Of a DNA stretch of 64,000 nt, positions 24,640-36,039 are shown in pieces. How positions within the stretch are numbered: position 1 is the stretch's first letter; every line of letters begins with the position of its first letter. The translations under genes and the position numbers were made by a program. Under the pieces are notes generated by a model that did no database searches, was not told the origin of the DNA, and saw only the letters and a program-made list of their open reading frames with translations. The stretch lies in assembly GCA_964252035.1 (NCBI GenBank), contig OZ176206.1; one strand, given 5' to 3'. This DNA is from Podarcis erhardii. Its lineage: Eukaryota.

Positions 24640-25150
24640 CAGGACCTCCATCATCTCAAATATAAACAATCAAGGTTGAAATTCAAGACTGAAGTGAGTC
24701 AAGATATGGAGCAATTCTCCCTCAGTCAGTCTGCCCATGACCTAAGATTGGCTGGGCAGACCCTTCACCATGTTCCACCACCAGCCACTGTACATTATGC
24801 AGAGATATGGGGAAAGGGTCTTGTCTGCAGAGGCACCCTGTCTATGGAATGCCCTCCACCCTGGAAATACATATGGCACTGACACCTTTTACATGTTATC
24901 ACCAAGTAAATACCCATTTGTTTGCCTGAGTTGCAGAATAATATGTGGAAATAAAGTTATTCTTTATTTCCTCTGAGGATTTATGATCTTTATGGATATT
25001 GCGGTTTTAGGTTTGTAATGGTGTTTTGTTTTTTTTATCTGCTCGTTTTGGTCTGATTTGGGGGAATTGTTTCATGTATTCTGGGAATGGTAGTTTGTAC
25101 TATATCCCGCTCTGGGATTTTAGGATGAAGGGTGGGAATTTAAAATATCT
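24640..25150 (+). mobile_element. L2 LINE 3' fragment, degraded
   Basis: ggcaccctgtctatggaatgccctcc...; AT-rich tail ending in tcccgctctggga...gggtggga.tt.aaaat. Confidence 0.6.
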
Positions 25151-26761
25151 GTTCATTTATTTAGTAAGAAGTGCAGCAAAGGGATCCTGAATAATCATGG
25201 GATTCTGCATGGTTATAGTTCATATTCGTAAACAGAGGCACCATTGTGGTGCTTGTTTTCCAAAAAGAAGAGGCGCTGGGGCTGAAGCCTGCTGGAAATC
25301 ACAAATGATACAAACCAGGAAAAAAGCCCAGTATAATTAATGAATCCCTTGCCCTCCAAAGCCAAAGAATAAATGCTAAAACAATAGCAGCTCTTGAGTT
25401 CTGAAATGTGAACTTCAAAAATTAGGCCAAGCCCAGTATAACATAACTAACCAAGCAGTGGAGAGTGAGTGTGTTTGTGTAAGCATATGTGTGTGTTTCT
25501 GTGTGTGTATGCACACACATACCATCCCCATCTTGCACACCCAAAAGGAAACACCACTCCAGCACCACGCTTGCGGCTTGAGGGAGAGGCTGACAAGCAG
25601 ATGAAAAAGATGGAGAAAAGCCAGAGCCTCCTTGTTACTTTGCAGATGTTCTGGAACTGAAAAAACAGAAGTGCAGAGAGCATTTCCCCTCTACCCCCCT
25701 CCCCACTGCACCACAACCTCCCTCAGCTGACACCGCAGCCAGGATGTCTGGAGTACATCTCCCAGTTGAATCAGAATGTCCTTCCTCCAAACACTTCTTC
25801 CCTCCCAAGGCAGGCAATAAAAAGGAATACCGGCACACTTGTGATTTCCCTCCAACTTGGAATGATAAAACTTACAGTGTCACAAAGTCGAAAGGGGACA
25901 AAAAGGCCAAGGAGCACATGACATGCCCTGCATGTCTTGCAGATTAACACACACAATACAGGGCAGCAGGGCATGCCACAAAGGGAGAGCAGGTGCAACT
26001 CCAGAGTGTGCAGCTTGTGGCGCAAAGGGCTGCCAATGACTCAAGCGAGCAAGCCAAACTTGCCAGCTAAAGAGAAAGGCAAAGGTCCTTCTCAACTGCT
26101 CAGTGGATGAAATAAAAAAGCAAAGCATATGCCCTCCTGCCTCCTCACCACTTTGAAAGGTCAGCAAGGGTCCCTTGGGTTCTTGGGAGAAACATTGTTT
26201 GGTGGAGGGGTGAAGAGCTGAGTCTGTTCTGTGAATCGAGAGATAATTTCAGCCCCGAGAAAGAGAGAGAGACTGCAGCCAGCTGCTGAGACTGAGAGTT
26301 AGTTGTATTTACATAATGCCAGCCAGCAAGAACAGCATTTTAAACCACTGGCCCAGAGAGACACGTCAATAGTTTATTGGCATGATCAGCCAAGAAACAC
26401 AATCAGTCTTATCACTGCAGCACCCCACCAACACACACAATGCTGTCCAGGTAATCTGTACAAAAGTGGGAAAGGAATATTGTCACTGTTTCCTCCTAAG
26501 CAAGCTGCTTACAGTCCAAGGAGGCAGCAAAAGTCTATTGATCCAGTAACTTCATTTCACATGCAGCATTTCAGTTTTGAGGGGTCAAAGGGAGTCCCAA
26601 AGCCTTGTAAGTGATGCATTGGCCTAGACTGGCAGGTCAAAAATGGAAACAAGCGCAGCCCTGATATGATAGATCAGTACAAGCATCTGTGAGTCTGCAG
26701 CCATGCACACATTTACCTGGCTGTAAGCCTATCTAAGCTCAGACTTATCAGCAAGCAAATA

Positions 26762-27138
26762 CCGTATTTTTCCTTCTATAACACGCAGATTTTTTCTCCT
26801 AAAAAGGAAGGGGAAATGTCTGTGCGTGTTATTGAGCGAATGTGTGGTCCCTGGAGCCAAATGGCGCGAGGGGAGGCAAAAAAAATCAGGCAAAAATCAA
26901 ATCGCGCGTCTCGGAGAAGGGAAACCTGAAAAGAGGAAGTGGCTGCTTTCCTGCATTCTGCCTCAGGGTCTTACTGCCCACCCACCTCTGTTCCCTTGCT
27001 GTGTTTGCTCAAACGGAACAAAGAGCAGGGAAAGCCCCTCCCCTCCAGGCAAGCAGAGGGGAAAGCAGAGTGTCGTCTCTGTGCTCCGTGCTGCTGAAAA
27101 ATGCAGAAGGGAGAGGGAGAGGGAGGGAGGGAGGGAGG

Positions 27139-27169
<31 letters not shown>

Positions 27170-27694
27170 CGCTGGCTGGCTTGGGTGGGTAGGTGAGGGA
27201 AAACTTTTGCCTTCCTTTCCTCCCTCCCGTTATACCCCTCTCCTGCATTCTTAGCCAGCTGCTTCTCTGCACACCCCTCTCGTGCTCCTTGTCCGTTCTG
27301 TGTTTTTCCTTCCCTCCCCACTTAAAATGTGGTTAAAAAGCATGGATCCACATGGATCCTCAGGATCTTTGCATTGGGTCAGCCCAAATTCATCATCAGA
27401 TCACATAGCATGTCCATGGCTACAGCCTGCCCCCCCAAAATCACGCACCCACTGTTGCCTGGGGCTGCAATGGTGCAAAAATGTGGTTAAAAAGCATGGA
27501 TCCACATGGATCCTCAGGATCTTTGCATTGGGTCAGCCCAAATTCACCATCAGATCACATGTCTGTGGCCACAGCATGAAGCACAAAAATGATACATCCA
27601 CTGTTTCATTCAGAATGTTTTTTCCCTTGTTTTCCTCCTCTAAAAACGATGTGCGTGTTATGGTCAGGTGCGTGTTATAGAGCGAAAAATACGG
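26762..27694. mobile_element. Tc2/pogo-type non-autonomous DNA element, 933 bp
   Basis: TIR ccgtatttttccttctataacacgca / tgcgtgttatagagcgaaaaatacgg; TA TSD (26760-61, 27695-96); internal (GA)n and an ~85-bp direct repeat (27324, 27478). Confidence 0.92.
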
Positions 27695-27854
27695 TACATA
27701 TAGAGGATTGGACGGAACAACTTGCATCTAATGCCAAGCACTAGATAAGACATTGATACCTTCCCATTATTAATATTAAAAAAGCCTTCACATGCTGGCT
27801 GGAGCTGATGGGAGTTGTAGTCCAAAACATCCAGAGGGCACCAGGTTGTTGTTT

Positions 27855-29035
27855 TTAATTCAATTTCTATACCACTCTTCATCTGAAGATCACAGGATGA
27901 TTTATAATATAAAAACACAACTTACCTACCACAACAAGCAAAAACAATACCCCCCACAGTTTAAAAGGCCATAGATTGTTTAATTAATCAAAGGCCTAGG
28001 AGAAGAAGAATGCTTTTGCCTGGCGCCTAAAGATATGTATCAAGGGCACTAGCCAAGGCTTCCTGAGGAAGGCATTCCACAAGTGGAGAATCACAGCAGA
28101 AAAGGTCCATTCTCGTGTTGCTGCCTCTGGACCTCTCACAGAGGCGGCACATGAAGAAGGGTCTCAGATGATGATTGCAGGGTCTCGGTAAGTTCATATG
28201 GAGAGTGGTGGTCCTTGAAGTATTGCAGTCCTGAGCCATTTAAGGCTTTATAGGTCAAGACCAGCACTCTGAATTGGGCGCAGAAACGAATTGGCTGCCA
28301 GTGCAATCAGACCAGGATTGGCATTATATGCTCAAACCATCTTGCCCCAATGAGCAACCTGGCTGTTGAATTTTCCAAATATAATGTGCTGCAGTGATCT
28401 AACCTAGAGATTACCAGAACATAGACAACAGAAGTTAGGCTATCCCTGTCCAGAAAGGGGTGCAACTATGTCACTAGCCTGAGCTGATGAAAGGCCCTGT
28501 GTGCTACTAGGGCCACCTGAGCCTCAAGTGACAGCAAAAGATCCAGCAGTATCCACAAGCTGCATACTCATTCCATCACAGGGAATGTAACCTCATCAAG
28601 AGCAGGCCACCTTCCATCCATCCGATCTAGGGAATTGCTTGCTAACAGTGCTTCAGTTTTTTTGCTCTCATCCGGTCCATTACTGAAGCAAGACAATGGT
28701 TCAGCACATCCACTGCCACACCTGCAGATGTAAAGGAGATACAGTAGAGCTGTGTGTCATCAGTATATTGCTGACAATGTACTCCAAAACTCCGGATGAC
28801 TCCACTCAGTGGTTTCATGTAGATGTTAAAAAACATAGGGGATAAAACTGAACCCTGAGGAGCCCCACATTGAAGGCTCCATGGAGCCAAAGAGCACACC
28901 CCCCAAGCATCACCCTCTGGAAATTACCATCCAAGCAGGACTGCAACCACTGTAAAGAAATGCCACCCACCCCTAATTTGGACCGCCACTCCAGAAGCAT
29001 ACCATGGTCAATGGTACTGAAAGTTGCTGAGATTG
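27855..29035 (-). mobile_element. L2 LINE 3' portion (RT domain to tail), disrupted
   Basis: CGAPQGSVLSPMFFNIYMKPLSGVIRSFGVHCQQYTDDTQLY (RT YADD-like motif) and tail ggtatagaaattgaattaaaaa on the minus strand. Confidence 0.92.
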
Positions 29036-29922
29036 GTGAAGGATGCTAAAAGTGAGCTCTTTCGGATGTGCAGTGTCATATTGTGGGTGGGTGGTTATGC
29101 ACTAAAATAAATTCCAGATTCTTCATCAAAAATTGGGGGTCTGTAGTCTGAATTATGTAAATCAATGAAATCTATATGGATTTGTTTATGTCACAAAACT
29201 TAATTTGCTTCTGTAGGGCTTTAGGGAAGAATCTAGCAGATGCATGGCGCACTGAAGCCCCTCATCCATAGAAGTTCTGCTCTGCCCTCCCTGCTTCTAA
29301 GATTTCACCAGATAATGCCACAGCTTCCGCAGTCTGAGAATCAAAGGTCTCATGTTATTTTGCTTACACTTACACACCATCTATAGATGTCATTAAAGAG
29401 AACAATGACTCAATCAATCCCAACATCATATTGCAGAAGGGACTGATACAAATTATACAATCCTTATTCAGATTTAATTCTAAATTGGTCTGCATTAAAA
29501 CAGCAAACAATAGCACCAAATGCAATAAAGATAATATGAACATAATGAAGTTCAGTACAGTCCAGGATTATAAATGCAGTCATTAACCAAAAGTTAAGAC
29601 TGCAAAGCATAGGCTTGAAAGGGTGTGGGTGATAGAAGGTAAAAGCAGGGGCTGGTAAATAAAAGGATTACAAACAAGCAAACGAAAAATCTGAAATGCT
29701 CTGTCCAGCTCCTTCTCCCTCGTGAAGATGAGCATAAGAATGCATGAACAAAATATAGAAATTGGGGTACTTGAGATTTCAGGAGGCGTTCCTCAAACAC
29801 TCACAAGCCTGAGGTCTAGAAACTTATAAGATTCACAGGAAGCTGAATTCTGCACCCACTGCTACATGATGTGTATAATCTGTCTGCCACCACCAGAACA
29901 CAGAAATAATACCCCAGAGATA

Positions 29923-29960
<38 letters not shown>
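29923..29960. repeat. (CA)n microsatellite
   Basis: Direct reading. Confidence 0.92.
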
Positions 29961-29963
<3 letters not shown>

Positions 29964-30721
29964 ACCAGCCTCTGCCAGGTCCCATCAACTGCAGACCTCA
30001 ACCCAATCCAAATCCTCTCAGCTGCCCCAGCAGCCTTTGGAACATCTCCCGTTTCCAGCTGTTGAAGAAGGAAACCCCAGCCCACTGAATTCATAACACT
30101 GTTTTTCTTGAGCCAAAAAGTGTCAGGCCAACAAAGAGGCCCTGTCCCACACTGTAGCGGCTGCCATGCGCGGCTCAACTTGACAATGACATCACTGGGG
30201 AAGGTCAATTTCTCCGTTCAGCTCCATATGAATGGGGAATCTGTCTCCTTGCTCCTGCATCAGCTGTTCATGTCCCAAGCTCTTAAGAGTCCACACAGGG
30301 GTAACCTCGTCCTGAGAGCTCAGAGTCCTGGGTTGGTGATAGATTCAGAGATGGTCTACATTGCTAAGATCCACAGGATGCTCCCGGGAAGGTGGGAGGG
30401 GGCAGCTATCCCAGGATAAGAATCCCCATTGGCACACAAAGATTCCAGTCGTGTGATTTGGCCACACACTCACAAATGGATATCTTAGAGCAGAAATGCA
30501 TGAATTCTATTTGTCCAAAACGTTGAGTCATATCCAATGCCAGTCCTACTCAGAGAAGATACACTGAACTTAATAAGCATGGCTAACTCAGGTTCATTAA
30601 TTTCAATGGGTCTACTATGGGTAAAATTTAGTTGGACACAACACTTTGCTACTGTTTGTATTTCTTTATTACTATGATACTAATAATACATCACCATCAG
30701 CATAACAAGAATAGCATAAGC

Positions 30722-31230
30722 CAGAAATTTTCAACCTTTTTGAGTCCACGGCTCGAATGACCAACTACATTCTTTCTGTGGCACCCCTGGGGGGCTCAGG
30801 AGCCCATTTATGTCACCCTTTGCCTGCAGAGCTGGCAGCCTCTCACTCTTTTCCAAACACCCTCTGTGGTGGAGTATTCCCTCAGCCTCCTCTCCTTTCC
30901 CCTCTCCTTGGGAGTCCTCTAGACAGCCACAGTTGCCGCCCCTGGTCTCTGAGCTGCCCCCCATCCCAAAGAGAGGTGCCTCCTCACGCTGCCCCACAGA
31001 GGCCTGGGAAGCACCCCCTGGCCAGCTCCAGAGGCAACATTCACCTGGGGAGCTTGGAGCCAGGGCTGCTGCAACAAACAGCTATGCAAGCCTTAGGGAG
31101 GCAGAGACGTGAGAGGGCACTCAAGGAGGGAGGGAAGAAAAGTGGGAGAGAGGCCAGTGTTGCCCACGGCACCCCTGACCATCATTCAAGCAACCTCAGG
31201 GTGCCATGGCACACTGGTTGAAAACCACTG
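30722..31230. mobile_element. hAT non-autonomous element, ~510 bp
   Basis: Ends cagaaattttcaacc / ggttgaaaaccactg; subterminal ggcaccc motifs; decayed 8-bp TSD GCATAAGC / ATGTAAGC. Confidence 0.7.
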
Positions 31231-31419
31231 ATGTAAGCAAAAGGTGGGTCCCTGCAACCTAATTTACACAGGCAGCAAAATGAGGTGCTCAAAGGAACTA
31301 CACCACTTCAGACTGCTGGTACATATGGAGTATACGTCACATTTTGACAGCTCACCTACATTTTTTTTTTAAGCCACCTCTCTGCAAGCTGAAAACTAGC
31401 ACAGGAGAAGGTAAACTAA

Positions 31420-31682
31420 GGGTTTCTCCACACTTGTGTTTACCCCACCACTTTCTCCCAAGAAAATAGACTGTTTAGGGCTGAATGGGAACAAACAGCA
31501 GTTGAAGTTTCTGCATATTGCCATTTGTTCTGATTTAGTGCTAAAGAGATGTTTTTCTGGGGGAAAGTGGCACAGCAAAGGCAAAACCACTCAAATCCAT
31601 GCCTAGAACACATGGGACAAGTGGAAAACTGCTCAGACCCATGCTCGCTAGGCACAGGGACAAACGGAAGTGTGGAGAGCCC
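31420..31682. mobile_element. PIF/Harbinger MITE, 263 bp
   Basis: TIR gggtttctccacactt / aagtgtggagagccc; TAA TSD on both sides. Confidence 0.9.
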
Positions 31683-33824
31683 TAAGGAAGAACCCACCTG
31701 TGCAGGGAGCTCTTTTTAGAAGGGGGGGGGCATTCAAAAGTGACATCTCTTACTTGCAATCTCTGGATTACATTTGCATATGTACAGACAAGGCTAGGGG
31801 TGGGGGAGTACAGAGGATGCAAGAGAAAATGGCAAGAGACAGGAGATGCAATCACTACTACTCATTAGCAGCAAGCAAACCGGGTCAAAAAGTCCTGATC
31901 TTGGCAAGCATTTTAATGCATTTAATTTCAGATTCATCCCCTAGTGCAGGATAGGAAAGGATTGTGATCATGTAAATAAGTGTGCCTCAATTTGTTTTGT
32001 TGCATGCTCTGCGTTCTTGCAGGGGCTGCTGGTTCTCAACATAACTTGAGCAAAGAGAATTCTGTTCAGTTAAGGGAAGGGTGGATAGGAGGTTTGAAAT
32101 CAGATATAGCCTGACTCTATGGGTTCTCTGAATTACCATCACAATCCCATCAAAATACCTAAGCTTCCAATGAAGTCAGTCCATCAGTCCATCTGTGTAC
32201 TGCATCCCTAAGAGGCAGGGTATTTTCCCAGCCCTGCCATTTCTTGTGCTCATTTGAGGACCTTGGACTTTTTGTACACAAAGCAGTTTGATCTTCCATT
32301 GAGCTGCAATACTCCTAATTTTGTATTTGCATACACACTATCCATTTAAAGCACATTTAGTTTAAGGTTGCATGGAACTGTAGTTCTGCAAGGGGTCAAT
32401 TACTGTTGCCAGGATTCTTCGGTGGCGCAGAGAACTGATGAAATTATTCTTGCTGTTATTATCATATTCCACACCCAAACCTTTATTATTTCAATATCAT
32501 TTTGTAGAGTACTAACTACTGTACAGTTCTAACCTTACAGCAACCCTGTTATGTAGCTAGGGGTGCTTCATGCATCCTGGAGATTTCGCCGAAGAGCTGG
32601 AGAAGCAGAACTCTTTTTCGTCATTGGAATCCACCACAGCGTGAGAGGGGAGGGGAGGGGGTTCTGCCTGGGATGCTCAGCTTCCCCAGATCAATCTGCA
32701 AGGCTGGGTGGCCTAATGTGCTTGATGGGGATGCGTGCAATGCCAGAGAACAGAGCAGATGGGCTTTACTGGGCTGTGAAATGCAGCAATTAGCTTGCCT
32801 GCCAACAAGCAGAGATCCAGCCACACAGACAGGCTTGGGTCTCCCCACACATACCTTTAGCTTTCCCTTGTATTCTCCCCTGCTTTAATTACTTTGGTTT
32901 CCCACAAAATATCTACAGAGAGGCAGGAGCTGCATCCCAAGCTTCAACCCCTCTTTTTTTAATGCACTACTTGCTGCAAGAGGAGGGCTGCTGCATCAAG
33001 GCATCAAGAGTGTCTGTGACACCGGAACTTCAGCTCTAGAAATCTTCTAGTTCCTATCCCCTTGACACCATTACGCTGACCATAAATCCTGGTGAGTCAT
33101 CACATGCATTCACTTGGATCTGAAATGGGCAACTTGAAGCTCTAGTGTCAAATGACACCTTTGACCCAACTTCATGTGGGTGGCGGCAGGGGGGATCAGG
33201 GAGGAAAGAGGTAACAAAAAGAGAGAAAAGTGGGGCTCACCCACCTTTGTTCTTGCCTCACCCACTTTTGACTTGGGCCCCACCTACTATGAGCTTGCAG
33301 CTCCCCCACAACAGATTACCCCAAATGGAATATGGCCCTTGACAGAAAAAGAGGATAGTCACCCCTAATTTGGATCATATTTTTCAATCTATGCTAAAAT
33401 CAAAGAACATTTGGATTCTACTAACTTCACACTTTATCACCTTCTTGTCAAACCTATCACTTTTCTTGACAGGAAGACAATCTCATCTATTTGATCTCAG
33501 CTTTGGGTCAGGTTGCTTTCGTGCTAGGGTCCTTTAGTGCTGCTGAGGTATTGCTTTTCTACAATCAGCTACAAGCAGAATTAAAATTATGGCGCCACAT
33601 GGCATTTAATATAGCTCTGTATTATCTGACATGGCCTGTCCCATGGACAAGGTCCTTCTACAATGTCTATTTAGACATTAAGTCCCATTCAGCAAAGATC
33701 CCCTGTAACTTTGATAGGTAGCTTCTCTCTTATGACTACTTCCTATTCATCAAGGTGTGGCTTTAATGACTGAATTGCTCCTTAATTAGCCAGTTGCTGT
33801 TCCCTACAGGGAGATGATGATGAC

Positions 33825-34000
33825 TTAATTTCTATACCACTTAATATATTAAAAGTATCTTTAAGCAGTGTACAGAAAACTGAAGCAACAAGAGACAAAA
33901 CAAACAAAATATTGCAAAAATTCACAGCTACATATAAAAACAATACATTAATACAAAGTTACTAACATATATCTATCAATATGAATTCATTGTCCTTCTG
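33825..34000 (-). mobile_element. L2-like 3' tail
   Basis: Minus strand ...ctgtacactgcttaaagatac..tt.atatattaagtggtatagaaattaa resembles squamate L2 tails seen at 27855 and 49670. Confidence 0.45.
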
Positions 34001-34413
34001 ACACACCCTACCTATCAGCCTTACTTACGAGTCGAAACTCTCAGGACACCCACAAAAGTCTGATAATGAGAAGAGTTCCTGGAAACAGCAGACATCACCC
34101 TAGTCTTTCTCTTTAGACTTGTTTTTTATGACAGGCTTAAGGTGGTACTTGCTCAAAGTACTTCCTCATGCTGCTCACAGCTGTGTTCCATTCAGCTGCA
34201 CTCTCCACACCCAGTTCCAGGTACAGCAGGTTTGTTTCCCAAGGGATCCAGAGGATGGGGAAAAGGCCACCCTCCACACACAGCTCTTTCTTCACTGTCC
34301 TTTCCTGCTCCTACAACTCTAGAGACAGACAAGATGGTCTCTGCTGCTGCCAATTCTGCCAATGATGGTTCATGGCAGCAGCAGCTGTGGAAGCTCTGGC
34401 TCAATAACTTGGG

Positions 34414-34661
34414 TCTTGGAAGAATATCAGGAATATAGAGAAAACTCCAGGTCCTAGGGTAAAAAACATCACCCTGTCTGCCTACTCTTGTAAAGGGTTG
34501 GCATGGAAGGCTCATCAAAATCATGTCAAAAAACAATTTGTTGAACTCCTTCAGTGATACTCCCTCAATTGCCTTAGTCCACAGTGGTGTGGTAGGGAAA
34601 CTGTGAATATAAACATCATTAGCCACGGTGTTCACATCAACAATGAGAGGTGTGCAGGTAA
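34414..34661 (-). pseudogene. TRDMT1: Processed pseudogene fragment of tRNA C38 methyltransferase TRDMT1/DNMT2 (approx. residues 25-108)
   Basis: Translation DVNTVANDVYIHSFPTTPLWTKAIEGVSLKEFNKLFFDMILMSLPCQPFTRVGRQGDVFYPRTWSFLYIPDILPR matches vertebrate TRDMT1 DVNTVANEVYKYNFPHTQLLAKTIEGITLEEFDRLSFDMILMSPPCQPFTRIGRQGDMTDSRTNSFLHILDILPR. No introns at the remembered junctions (after IE, within FTR). There is a frameshift upstream (LPAH then shift), and motif I and the C-terminus are absent. Confidence 0.92.
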
Positions 34662-35224
34662 GTATATACCTGCAAATTTCACAATTAAAAAATCAAAAGG
34701 AAATAACCTGTGAGGAAACAAGCAATTAGCACACACACAGGAAACAGGACCTCACTACTTTAGGGGCACTACATCACGAAAACCAGAATCCACAAGGATG
34801 AAACTTCTAACTATAGAAACAATAGTAATAAAAACCTCAGTGTTTCTTTGCCAGTCCGTACTGCCAGACTGACACTATAATTACATGTTAAGTGAAAAAC
34901 AATCACCTCAAATCAGTTCTGACAAAACAAGAGAGGACAACACAGAAACAACTAGAATGGCAAGAGGTTGGCAATGATGTTGCCCAGATTCTCCATAAAA
35001 ATTCAGGAAAGAAATGGAAGGAAGGCAAGTTCAGACTAAATGACTCTACCATTTATCAAAAAAGCAGTGAAGTGGTATATATGCTAATATGGTGAATGGA
35101 ATATTGCACCATTATTCTAAAGTGTTCATTCTAATTTATAAAACTTCTGCATGGGAAAGAAGCTAATAAGAAGCCATTTCAGAATCTTTGCTAACCTTGA
35201 AACACTGATTCAAACTGATACAAA

Positions 35225-35470
35225 ATTTTGAGATATTCATGGAGGTAAAGGATCTCAATGGCTACTAGACATGGTGGAAGCTATGTTCTGCCTCCACAGT
35301 TGGAAGCTGTAGTGCTTCTGAATATCAGCTGCTGGAAACCACAGGAGGGGAAGTGTTGCGGATCCTGGTTGCGGGTTTCCCATAGGGATCTGGTTGGCAC
35401 TGTGAGAACTAAATGCTAGACTAGATGGGCCATAGGCCTGATCCACCAGGGCTCTACTTATGTTCTTATG
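35225..35470 (+). mobile_element. CR1 LINE 3' end
   Basis: ttcatggaggtaaaggatctcaatggctactag...gactagatgggccataggcctgatccaccagggctctacttatgttcttatg. Confidence 0.88.
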
Positions 35471-35745
35471 GAACATGACTGGCAGAACACAAAACCACAA
35501 AAAAGAGCCAAAGTTCACCTGAGGTCAGCTACTTCCTAGGGCCATCCAAAAGATCAACCTATGCAACCCAGATCACAATATGGCACCAGCGGAAAATTAA
35601 GTGCACTGCAGAAAACTCTATTTGCAAAGAAACCAGCTCCCAATTAGAACAGGTGATAAGCAACATAATTTGTGTGGGCAAAGAAGCTCTCAAATCATCC
35701 ACAATAGCTAACTTAGTGCAGAATTACTTCTCAACCCCCAAGATA

Positions 35746-36039
35746 CAGTGGCGCCTCGCAAGACAAAATTAATCCGTTCCACGAGTCTCTTCGTCTTGCA
35801 GCTTTTTCGTCTTGCGAAGCACGGCTATTAGCGGCTTAGCAGATTAGCGCTATTAGCGGTTTAGCGGCTTAGAAAAAAGGGGGGAAAGGGAAAAAACTCG
35901 CAAGAACTCGCAAGACGTTTCATCTTGCGAAGCAAGCCCATAGGGAAATTCGTCTTGCGAAGCACCTCAAAAGACAGAAAACTCTTTCGTCTAGCGAGTT
36001 TTTCGTCTTGCGAGGCATTCGTCTTGCGGGGCACCACTG
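35746..36039. mobile_element. Tc1/mariner (Tigger-type) MITE, 294 bp, with repeated TCGTCTTGCG motifs
   Basis: TIR cagtggcgcctcgcaagac / gtcttgcggggcaccactg; TA TSD; CpG-rich. Confidence 0.93.

Noticed and set aside
34192-34635. Functional TRDMT1 gene or new methyltransferase
   Set aside because: GTG start, no motif I (SAM-binding) or C-terminal motifs, an upstream frameshift and non-conservative changes; treated as a pseudogene fragment.
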